NCBI RefSeq assembly: GCF_000400465.1
Contig: NW_008806291.1
Coordinates: 195,680 to 227,679, forward strand
DNA: 32,000 nucleotides
From: Wallemia ichthyophaga EXF-994
Taxonomy: Eukaryota > Fungi > Basidiomycota
Direction: 5' to 3'
This document shows, piece after piece, positions 10,889 through 20,945 of this stretch (positions are counted from its first letter, which is position 1; every line of letters begins with the position of its first letter). The notes beneath the pieces are model-generated. The model ran no database searches, was not told the origin of the DNA, and worked only from the letters and a program-made list of their open reading frames with translations. A program made the position numbers and the translations under genes.

Positions 10889-13602
10889 TCACTTAGTCGA
10901 AGGAGACCGTTTATAATAAAGCATATAGCCATGCTTAGACACCACATCTTTCTCGCTGAGCTCACCGACACGGGAATCCTGACAACTGAACCAGTCTTGT
11001 CCGGAGCGTACGTTAGCCGTGTAATGCCCACTCTGGAGGGACCCGAAGTGGTTAGTGACAGCATACAGGTCGTATTTGAAGGGTGGAATTTGAGACGTGG
11101 GATTATTCTTGACATCGTCGCTGGCGCCGTGCTGATACTGATTCTGCGAGGTGAATGGCTGCACATGCGAACGCGATTGTATCTGAGGTGTGTATGGTGT
11201 GAGATCTAGGCCGCGCAAGGGAAATGCAACATTAGTTTCGACTTTATCGCAAAATGGACCCGCGTAAGCAAATCGTTTGAGTTGGATGAGGAGGACAGGT
11301 GGGAGGCGGGCTATAGAGAGACGTTTGACAGACCTTCGGGCTACTTTGCAGTTGGGACAGCGCCAAGCGTTGTCTTTCTCCATTATCTCATCTTTCAGAA
11401 AGGCATCGAGACAGGCCGTTAGCGATACACTACCCTTCAACCGCCGCGCTGGGACTGGGAGGGATAGATACATGAAGGCGTTGTAAGTAGTACTCGTCTT
11501 GTGACAGCTAAGACACTCCATTCTATTCCGAAATTGGCCTTGGAAGTAGTCGACTATGATGGAGTCGTTGAGTGTCTTGTAGCGCCGCCATTCTCTCTCA
11601 CTCCCCAGTGGAGTAGGGAGAGTTTCAAGCGCGGCTGCATTGTGCGATTGGTTGTCTACACTATTACCCCCAACACTACTTCCCACTTTGAGATCCTCGT
11701 GAAGTCCATCGAGTAGGAAAGAAAGAAACTCCTGCGCATCATGCTGGTCGGTGTTGTGGAACTGCCGCGCAAATGCACAGATGATTGAACGGAAAGTCAT
11801 TGGAGAGATGAATGTGAATTGCTCTCGCCACATGTGGCTGAGTATTTGACTGAAACTTTCCGCTAAGCGCCCTTGCATCCCTAATCTATTGGAATGGTTA
11901 ACGCAGCGGCGCCACAACCCACTCGTAAAGAAGCGTGCAAATGGGACCGTTGCGCTTAGACACTGCAGCGTTGAGTTCATGTAGCACGTATTGCCGAGGT
12001 TCTTGAGACCAGTCAGTCCAACCACCTCGCCGTGCCAGTAGGAGGCTTTGTAAGGTGAAGTGGAGAGAGAGGAAGTGGTAGTAGTGCTGGTTTGGTTAGG
12101 AGTACGTGTCATCCCACTCACACCACTCATCCCACTCACACCAGGTGACATGGGCTGGGCTGTGGGAGCGGGCAGCTTGGGAGTTGATCTACCACCCATA
12201 CCGATACTGCCACTCACGCTGGGGTAATCGATCGACAAACGTGGTCGGTATCCTGAGTAAGGTTCAGTGTCAACTTGATCACTCCGTCTGCGCGAGTGCG
12301 GAGGGCGAGAGGGGAGTGGTGGAGTGGGAAGGCTAGAACGAGGGTGGCGGGAAAGAGATGTTTGAGATTGTGGCTGGTATGAGATGTAATCGGATTGTTG
12401 GGAAGTGTGAGAGGGGGAAGGAGGGAGCTGTGAGGGGAATGAGAAGGAGTTGTGGGGTGAGAGAGGGTATGAACTCACGATATTATCATTGCTGTCGTTG
12501 CTGTCGTTGGGAACACCATTGAGCTTGCCAATGTCGGGAGCTGCACTGGCGCTGCGACCAGCCTTACCGACGAGGTCTGGCTGAGGCATGGAGCGAGAGG
12601 GAGTCTGATTTTGGTGGGATTGAACAGTGCCGCTACTACTACTACTATTGCTATTAGTACTGGCAGTATCATCCACACCACCTGGACCAATATTGCGTTG
12701 GTAAGCAGTAAAGCCGCCGTTGAGGACTGAAGAGGGTGGATGAGTAGGTAGACAATGAAACAACACAGATACTTACCCATAGGAGGATTCTGGAGGTCGT
12801 CAAGACTCATCAAACAGTCGAGGAGGTGTGATAAAGTGGGTGGAAGGTTGCTAACCTGGCAAGAATCATCGAAGACAACGGTATAATTGAATAAGTGACG
12901 TTTTGAGTAGACAAAGTGACCGCGTGTGGAGCTGGATTTGATGATGCGTTCGAGAGTAGCGGGGGAGAGGTGGGGAGTGAGAGAAACAGGGTCAATCCAG
13001 ACAACTCCAGCTCTACCCTTTCCACCTGGTGGGTGGAGAGAAATGCGTGATCGCTTGTAGAGGTCTAGAGGGCGGCAATCGAGGAGTAGAAGTGAGACAT
13101 CGCCGAAAGTTGAAGAACTGAGGAATTTGTAGAGTTTGAAAGGGTCGATGGAGGGTATATTAGTGGAGGGAGTGGGAATAGCGGGTGGAATAACCTCCCA
13201 ATTGTCGTTGTAGGAGGTCTTTTGAGTGTTTTGATTAGCCACAGCGTCCAACGCCAATTGTTCTTCTTGATCATGGTATAGTTGCGCATCCAATTGAGAC
13301 TTAAGAATAGCTTCAAGGGTACCAGCAGATTCGATAATAGTGGGTACATTGATTGATAAGTATTGAGTGATGGATGATGTTAACGAGTCTCTTCTCGATC
13401 TTAACTCGGGATGCTTAGATAGAATATCAGCAACGCCAGCTGCTCGTAACCAGAGTACAAACGCCTGTTCCTTATCATATGATTGAGTTAACTGGGCTGA
13501 TCTAACCAACTCAATCAACGTGTTAAACCAGGCCTTAATCGGGTAGGGCGAAGGTGGAATAATCGCTTCATCTCGTAGTTTATTTATTGCTGTGGATGTC
13601 AT
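10889..13602 (-). CDS. DOA4: Ubiquitin C-terminal hydrolase, Doa4/Ubp5/USP8-like (N-terminal helical domain, rhodanese-like domain, USP catalytic domain)
   Basis: Cys box GLKNLGNTCYMNS, QHDAQEFL, zinc-finger CLSC/CPNC and His box HFGSLQSGHY..DSRV. Rhodanese-like LLLDCRP..SRI. Intron 12727-12776 (GTAAGT...TTCAG) joins the two ORFs in the track. Confidence 0.9.
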
Positions 13603-13662
13603 TTGAGTATTTTTATTTTACTTGCTTTGATGATGATCGTATTTGGTTAACGAGAAACTACG

Positions 13663-13951
13663 ATGATTGGTCAGATTGCTCCGTGAGTTTGGAATCATTT
13701 GGTTGGAGTTGTAAATATTTAACAATCCTGCTCACAGCATCACTGGTAAATTCCGCAAAGGCGTTATTAGAGATATTAGCGTGTCATTGGGTTTGGGTAC
13801 TGCACTTGGCTACGCATACTGGCACATTTTCCACATTCCAAAGGGTGAGTTGGTGTGTTTGTAGGTATTCCCCTTCTAACAACCGTCCCCACCCACAGCA
13901 ACCCGTCGTGACCAATTCTACCTCAAATTAGCCGCAGAGAAGGAGAATTAA
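13663..13951 (+). CDS. COX9: Cytochrome c oxidase subunit VIIa (Cox9-like)
   Basis: Three exons give MIGQIAP|ITGKFRKGVIRDISVSLGLGTALGYAYWHIFHIPK|ATRRDQFYLKLAAEKEN*, matching the Cox9 pattern IAPITG..R..I.DI..G.LG...YW..FH...R..FY. Both introns are GTGAGT...CAG. Confidence 0.88.
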
Positions 13952-14820
13952 TTTGTATTTACAATCTCATTAATCTCTCTATAAATTGGTTTTATTTGGA
14001 TTGTTTTATATCGAATTTTGCTGTTTTTCCCATAGTATATCAACTGTACTATGAGTATTGCATTGCTTAATCCCTTTAAATACTCAACCAACCTATCCAC
14101 ACCCTCTTCACCAATCAAACCCCGCCAATTAAACACTCTTATTCCTACTTTCTCATTTGTCGGGGCTATCAACTGGCTACCCATCCTTACCAGGCTTATC
14201 CACTCCAGTAAATCACTTGAATCACTTGAATCACTCCCAGGTCTCTGTACTTCCCTCTCTTCCACACTGCACGAGCATCTGATATCCTTCGATTCATTTA
14301 AATAGTACCCATCACCCAATCTAACATTCCCTCCACTCTCACTTCTCCCATACTTGAACTCTATCCCTTCTAAATTCACTTCCCCCTCACTCATTACAAC
14401 TAACTCCCTAATACCGCTCATCTTCGTCGTGGTGGTGGTTTTTACCTAACCCGTTTTTTCCATCCACCTTGATAATATGCTTGTGGTTTCCATCAGCTAG
14501 GCTTAATTCCTTCTATCGATCAAGCCCGTGAAATCTTCCCCATATATCCTCTAGCGTGCACCAGAAACATATCGGATTCCAACTTCCCAACAGTCTATAG
14601 CGCGCAATTAAATTCTTAGGGATATAATTCTGGCGCAATCCTGTCAAGCTCGTTCAGGGCTATTTGTCAACCTTTTTTATTTGGACATTATCAAAACTCG
14701 TAGATCACCTATCTGAGAAGAGATAGGTGGGAGGGGGGAAATTCAACTCAAACAATATTCAGCGGTGGGTTGAGAAGAGGATGTGTATGAATTCCTGGAG
14801 CTTCTGGAGATGCTGGAGAT
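13948..14820 (-). CDS. Probable divergent RNase P/MRP subunit Rpp40-like protein (5' exons unresolved)
   Basis: The 157-aa ORF 13948-14421 contains LLEWISLVRMGSQ and VFNWRGLI, resembling the Rpp40 EW..(L/M)..LG and WRG(L/F)I blocks. Coding-like upstream segments extend to about 14820, but I could not fix the splice sites. Confidence 0.45.
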
Positions 14821-15145
14821 GCTTAGAAAATTATGATTTTGCTTAAATGTTCAGATTGTCAGTAGATCATATCTCTACCAAAGTTCAAGAATGGCCTTGA
14901 ATCATTGAAATTAGAAGCACAAAAATCACAGCAATACAATCCTCTCTTACAGACAAGATGACTGGGATATTGGTATGCGTGGTTAATATGTGTATTTTCT
15001 GTGATTAGGACAATGCATTTAATAAAACATACATTCTTGCTGCATATTTTGTGCAGCTACATTATACCGTTTAGTGTAATAAGCGCTCTGAAATCATTCT
15101 ATCAACCCTTATCGATCTTTTCGAGGAAAGCGATGAATCAATAAA

Positions 15146-15259
15146 CAGTGGAGTATCATGAATATTCACCAGCTCGACCTCCCCGTATAATAATTCGATG
15201 TCGTTATCGATAAGGGCACAACGGACGCTCTCCTCCCTGGCAAATACGATCCTTGGAAT
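15146..15259 (+). pseudogene. Degenerate partial duplicate of the downstream methyltransferase gene
   Basis: Gap-free 114-nt alignment to 15592-15705 with 90/114 identities by hand count. It has two in-frame TAA stops at 15188-15193. Confidence 0.85.
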
Positions 15260-15297
15260 ACACCACCACCACAACCACCACACCATAAAAAATCAGA

Positions 15298-15924
15298 ATG
15301 GATCTAGTAGCGAATAAAACATCAGACTACTCGGATATAAGTTATTGGGACGAGAGGTACACGAAAGACACCGAAGATACTTTCGACTGGTTTAAGCAGT
15401 ACCCAGATCTCAAACAAAGTCTTGCGCACCACATACCCAACAAAGACTCACGCATACTCATGCTCGGATGCGGCAACTCCTCCCTCTCCCGCGACATGTA
15501 CGACGACGGCTACACCAACATCCTCAACATTGATTATTCACCAGTGTGCATTGATAACATGACCAAAGCAAATGAATCGCGTAGTGGCATGCAATGGTGT
15601 GTAATGGATATTCGCCAGCTTGACCTCCCCGATAACTCTTTCGATGTCGCTATCGATAAGGGTACCATGGACGCTCTCCTCGCCGGCGTACGTGATCCTT
15701 GGAATCCTCAAGATAGCATTGTTCACGACTGTACGAGTGAAGTGAGAGAAGTACAGCGCGTACTCAAACCTGAACCATCATCCGTATTCATTTATCACAC
15801 CTACGCTCCCCCACACTTCCGTAAACCTCTCCTCAATACTGACCCCGATCATTGGGATCTGAGTGTGGAAAAGATGGGTGACTGGTTCAGCTACTTTTTT
15901 TACACCCTGCGTTATAAAGATTAA
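15298..15924 (+). CDS. Class I SAM-dependent methyltransferase, EEF1AKMT4/ECE2-N-like
   Basis: Intronless 208-aa ORF with YWDERY, FDWF, motif I ILMLGCGNSSLS, NIDYS, MDIR and FDVAIDKGTMDALL..DPWNP. Confidence 0.88.
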   Translation: MDLVANKTSDYSDISYWDERYTKDTEDTFDWFKQYPDLKQSLAHHIPNKDSRILMLGCGNSSLSRDMYDDGYTNILNIDYSPVCIDNMTKANESRSGMQWCVMDIRQLDLPDNSFDVAIDKGTMDALLAGVRDPWNPQDSIVHDCTSEVREVQRVLKPEPSSVFIYHTYAPPHFRKPLLNTDPDHWDLSVEKMGDWFSYFFYTLRYKD

Positions 15925-16632
15925 CTTTAACGCAGTGCGCCGCTTTTATAGAATTTTAATGCATGACTATCATTATTAACTACTATTATAATTAGCTGCT
16001 ATTTCATTAGCTAACATATCCACTTTCAGCGTTTTGTTTGTTATATCACGTCAAAGTTTTCACCTTTCACCAAGTCAATCGGTCTAGATAGGGAATAATA
16101 TGTAAGGAGAGCATGGCAGAATTCTCGCATCTTTCGTCATGAGTTAGCATCAGTCGGGTAGGTGCTGCTGTGGCTGAAGGGGTATTATTTAATAGCAATA
16201 GAAATCCACTCACAGTTAGGAGAAATTGTCAAAAACACATCCTCCACAAGTAAAGTAGCAAACTCAAGAAGCGATTCAACGAAAAGTCACTAGTCTTCCA
16301 CAATTAAGGTCAAACAGGGGTAAATGTGAACTAAGACGAGTGAGCAGATTAATTCACGGGGTCGATAAGTCGGCTTAAGCAAACTGGAACTTTGTCACAG
16401 AACATGTTCAAAGTCACAAATACGCATTTAAGGACGGTAAAGCTGTCTTTGAAAATGTTCTGATCTTATGAGGTTGTCAAAGAGAAGTTCTGATATCGAA
16501 CCAATCAAAGGAAGGTATCGTCACCAATTTCTAGACATCTAGTCGTTCTCCACAAGGGCATCGCAAGGAAGTCACATTCGACAGCAATTTTGCAGGTAAT
16601 ATCCGGCGTTTGGGTCTTTATTTCGGCTTTGA

Positions 16633-17094
16633 GGCTGCACAAGCACAGCATCACCACAATCAAGGCTCATTTATGGTGAAAAATTTCTCAGTGACACCAC
16701 CAAGAGATTCGAAAACCTCCGCCAACAACTGTACAGTAGGCTCGATAGGTTTGCGACTGATATTTACTTAGATCGCATTATCATTTGGTCACGTTGCATC
16801 CTCAATCATAAACGTATAACCTTGTTTGACCTTCAGTAGCATGCAGTCAAATGGTGCATCCCGGCACATTTGCACGCAGAGGTCAATTCAGGCCTTAATT
16901 TTACTCGTGGGATTTTCCCAACTAAGTCCTATTATAAAGAGACCTTTTCTTTGTGCAAAGTTGTTCAGGCGCAATGCCAAAGTAGATCTTTATAGGATTC
17001 AACTCGCGGGACAATCTTTCATCTCACAAGCATTTCCACTGACAATATCTTTCCAACTCTCACTGTTATCATTATATCTGACCAAGTAAAATAG
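16633..17094 (+). pseudogene. Possible degraded coding sequence of unknown family
   Basis: One frame stays open for about 154 codons apart from two internal TAG stops (16837-16839, 16993-16995). No recognisable motif. Confidence 0.25.
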
Positions 17095-17314
17095 TCTTAC
17101 ATTGATACCGTTTGATTTATAGTGCATTTGATATCGAGAGTATTTTGTGATAAGGTCTCTAAGAATGTATTCAGTGTGTCACAAGATCTGCGAAAGGCAG
17201 CACGACTCTATGTGTCAATCAGACATAAAAATCAGGTTAGGTGTCCCATGCATATTAATAGTGATAGTGATAGTAATATATTCATGTTAATTCACGCCAA
17301 TTCAATCGCACCCC

Positions 17315-18618
17315 TCAATGCTGTGCATCGCCGAGCGTCTTCCACAGCGCCTGCGTTACGCCCTGTACCGTTTCCGGTCTGAGTACGCTCGGATTAGCAG
17401 ACTGGGATTTACCGAACTGGATGACCTGTTTAACGAGCTGATTCATTTGAGCGTGGTTGATGTTGAGTGTGTTGGGTGGGTTGGCAGTCGTTGCGTTGCT
17501 ACTCTGCCGCTGCTTGGGCTGAAGAAACGCATCACTCTCCAACAACTCGGGTATAGTCATCCGTCGCCTTGCATCTCGATTAAGACAGCTCTTCATTGTT
17601 CGCAACACATCCTCGTCTACGCGCACAGCCAAGTCCTGTCGATGTACCGGCTCGTATGTCCCGTCCGCCTTGCGTTGTGCTGGTTCCACGGGGATTGAAT
17701 AAGTGGGAAAGTCTATAGCCACGCTCTGGTCCGGGATCGCCGCCAACTTCTTATGTATGTTCTGGTAGTGGTAAAATGGTGGATGGGAGTAAATCATCTG
17801 GTATAGGATGCAGCCCAGTGACCACACATCCGATGGGCGACCTAGCTGTGAGAGTGTATTAGTAATGTGTGATCGAGTGAGTTTGTCATTCCCACCTTTA
17901 AACCTCGTTTATTGCCAAGTCCACTCGGATTCGTGATGGCTTCCGGCGACATGTAGTTGATGGTGCCCACCTGCGAATCGCGCTGTATATTGGCCGTATC
18001 ATTCGGAATAGCCTTCGCAATCCCAAAGTCAATTAGCTTCAATGAACCCTTTACGAGAACGAAGTTGGCTGGTTTGAGGTCTGAGTGTACAATTGCTTCC
18101 TCGTGTATCGCGTGCACGGCTCGCAACATCTGCTCCCAGTACACACCGACGAAATTCATATTCAAACGTTTTCCCTGCTGCTCGTAGAGGAGGCGGGCGA
18201 AATCTATCTCACCGCACTCCATTCGCATGAGTAGCTTACCGCCCATTCTCTCCCAGTCCCATAACTTGATTATACGGTCATTACCCCGCAGACGCTGGAG
18301 GAGAGATATCTCATTGAGATACCCCGTCACCGTTTCTGGATCACACTTGTCGAGACGAACTCGCTTTATGGCGTGAAGCTCATTCTGTGTGCTGAGCACA
18401 CGGTACACTTTCGACGAACCTCCCTTGCCCAGCTCGTCGAGACGGAGATAGGGTATGCCGTTGACTGTGAGGTAACTGGGTGGACGCATCCCGAGGTAGG
18501 GGTTGGGTTGAGACCAGGACATTTGCTGCTGAGGGACGTATGAAGGGGGCTGAAGGGGAACTACTGCGTCTGTGAGGGGTGGAGGTGGGTGTTGAGAGTT
18601 TTGTTGTTGTTGAGAGTT

Positions 18619-18655
<37 letters not shown>

Positions 18656-20025
18656 CGCTGCTGTTCACGTTGTTGCTGCTCGTCAGCTTTTCGATCTTCT
18701 TCAGCTTTTCGATCTTCTTCAACTTTCCGATCTTCTTCAACTTTCCGCTCTTCTTCAGCTTTTCGATTTTCCTCAATTTTCCGCTCTTCTTCAACTCTCC
18801 TCTCCTCTTCAAGTTTCCTCTCCATTTCAGCTTTGCGCTCTTCTTCAGCTTTGCGCTGCTCATTAGACCTGCGCTGCTCTTCTCTTAACTTTTCTCGCCG
18901 CACCTCGCGTTCCTTTTCTCGAGTCTTCTCGAGCTCTAATGGGCGGTGCGAGGGGTGAATTTCACGCGACTCTTCGCGCTCGTCCTTCTCGACTCTCTCC
19001 GCCCTCTCAGACTTGTGAAATCTATCAGATCTATAAGTCGATCGCTCGTCCTCCTCATTTCTGATATCCGAGCGCAAAAGAGAGCGGGAAAGGGTAGGGG
19101 GAGTGTTATTGTGAGTATCACGCGCGCTATTCTCGCCTGTCGAGAGACCAGAGTAGCTAGAGTAGCTATGAGCGTTGCGAGCGAGGGGTGGTCTGTCTAT
19201 TGATCTTGGTGAATGAGTGGAGTGAGTGGAGTGAGTGGAGTGTGGGGAGTTGGCTGAGTATGAGTGCGGTGAGTAGCTAGTAGACTGGTATGCACCGCCG
19301 TCACTCGCGCTACCACTGCCACTGCGACTCAAACTAACATCCTCTTGGTCATTTCCACTGGGAATTCCATTTCTATTTGCACCACTCACGCCCCCGCCCA
19401 CACTGCCATCACCCTGCAACATCTGGATCATTGCCGGCGTCCACTTCTTGTCTGGTCGCTGGGGACGCTGAGTGCCAGCAGCCGGTCGCCTGCGTCTTAC
19501 GGTAGAGGTAGCAGTGCGCGGTTGAGGCTGGCTGTCGACACCCAAATTGGGAGTTTCCGGAACAAGACGGAGAGGGTGGTTGGATAAGGGAGTATCGGAG
19601 GGTGGCGATTCGCGCGTGAGGGTGTGTGTCGTGGCTGGTGTTTGCTGTGGTTGCTGGACGCTGCGTTTGAAATCAGGTGGTGTTGCTCTGCGTGGGAGGT
19701 TCGCGGTTGGGCGATTAGTGAGGTCCTTAAGTTCCTTGTGGGAGTTTGCAGTGCCCTTGTGAGGATCGCCGGTATCACCCACATCACCCACATCCACGCC
19801 ATCCACGCCGCCAATCTTGGCATTCGCGAGCGCGTTCCGCGACGCACTGGCGAGAAGAGCAGGATCGAAGCTGTCGTCATCATCGCTATCGTCGCTGTCG
19901 AGAAGGCGCTGATCGAGGTTGTGACGTTTAAGGAATTCCTGTGTGCCGGGGGAGAGGGAGGGGAGGTGTGGATGCGGGGCATGGCTGTGTTTATCTGGCG
20001 TAGCTGGCGTATCGGGCGTATCCAT
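17315..20025 (-). CDS. MPS1: Spindle-checkpoint dual-specificity kinase Mps1/TTK
   Basis: Kinase motifs LGKGGSSKVY, AIKRV, YLNEISLL, MECGEIDF, VHSDLKPANF, LIDFGIAKAIPNDTANIQRDSQVGTINYMSPEA. Intron 17846-17895 joins GLK|LGRPSDVWSLGCILYQ. The N-terminus is long and low-complexity. Confidence 0.93.
18601..18655 (-). repeat. (CAA)12 polyglutamine microsatellite plus adjacent CAA runs within MPS1
   Basis: (TTG)12 at 18619-18654 on the + strand, translated as Q12 then NSQQQQNSQ. Confidence 0.95.
18685..18850 (-). repeat. About nine imperfect 18-nt repeats encoding EE(E/D/N)RK(A/V/I/L) charged hexapeptides in MPS1
   Basis: Translation reads AEEERKAEMERKLEEERRVEEERKIEENRKAEEERKVEEDRKVEEDRKAEEDRKA. 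Confidence 0.9.
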
Positions 20026-20159
20026 GGTGTATTATATGTTATATCTACTAACGGTAATCCCCCTCCTCGTCGTCGATAAAGAAGAAAATAAAATAAAAAT
20101 AAAACAAATTGAAGACACAGCAATACAATGGCGACAGATTCTGCATAAATATATCACAC

Positions 20160-20880
20160 TCAACCGAGCACCCCCTTAAAAGCATCAGTGACGCGCTTTA
20201 TATCGTACATATTCAACACATATCCGTCGCTACGCGTGAGGTGACCACCATGACGCGCGAGACGGCTGCAATTGGGGCTTTTGAGGAGGTGAGAGTTTAG
20301 CAGATGAGCGGGTGGGCTAGAAACGCGGTCTATGCATCCAGGGACTATCTTTGGCGGGCCACCATCCACCACTATAAGCAGGCTGTTTGGTTCGAGGAGG
20401 ATCGGCGTGGCTGAGACATCTGTTTGAGCTACGAGATGAGTACCCAGTGTGAATGTGGCTGTCGTCGATTTGACACCCTGCGCGCACCCCTGGCCCGACT
20501 GGATAGCGTAGAGTTCTGCGTAGTTGGGATGCACTGCTGTGCACTCCTCTATGCGCTGGTAGAGCGTATCCATCCAAGCCGGGGTGCTGCTTTGTATCAG
20601 TTTGCCGGTTCGGGTGAGTTGACCACCTGTTTGATTAGAAATTGAGCAAATTTCGCAAATAAAGGAGAATAAACGGGAACACACCTATAAAGAGGTGCCT
20701 GTATCACTTTTTAATGTAATTTGGGCTTGGAAGTAGCGCTACCCACTTGTAACCGTCGTTGTACCGCCAGGATCGCTCAGTGATTGCTGAAATAGCCTCG
20801 AGAAGACCATCTAAATCGTGTCTGCTGAGCAAGTCCGGGATGTAAATCAGCCGATCAGAAACGAAATTGGCGGTGTTCAT
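20160..20880 (-). CDS. ALKBH6-like AlkB-family protein lacking catalytic Fe(II)/2OG ligands
   Basis: Exons 20880-20747, 20698-20685 (14 nt) and 20626-20160 give 204 aa: MNTANFVSDRLIYIPDLLSR..W..GYK|HLFI|GGQLTRTGKLI...TATFTLGTH..ILLEPNSLLIV..LLNSHLL..GGHLTRS. These segments parallel ALKBH6 [20 protein letters not shown] and LLLEPRSLLVL. Confidence 0.75.
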
Positions 20881-20907
20881 CGATGTTGGTGTACAAAACT
20901 TGGCTGC

Positions 20908-20941
20908 GGCTGAGAGTGGCTGAGAGTGGCTGAGAGTGGCT
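20908..20941. repeat. Three perfect copies of the decamer TGAGAGTGGC in the spacer between prefoldin 3 and the ALKBH6-like gene
   Basis: Read directly at 20911-20940, preceded by GGC. Confidence 0.95.
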
Positions 20942-20945
20942 ACTC

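Noticed and set aside
14865-14985. Possible further 5' part of the methyltransferase pseudogene (LPKFKNGLESL vs YPDLKQSLAH)
   Set aside because: The similarity is too weak to distinguish from chance by eye and needs a formal local alignment.
14440-15070. Retrotransposon or LTR remnant
   Set aside because: No terminal repeats, target-site duplications or RT/integrase/transposase motifs were recognisable in any frame.
18561-18888. Poly-N, poly-V and poly-L ORFs and direct repeats resembling an array
   Set aside because: These are alternate readings of the MPS1 CAA tract and 18-nt coding repeats. There are no unique spacers, so this is not a CRISPR or other array.
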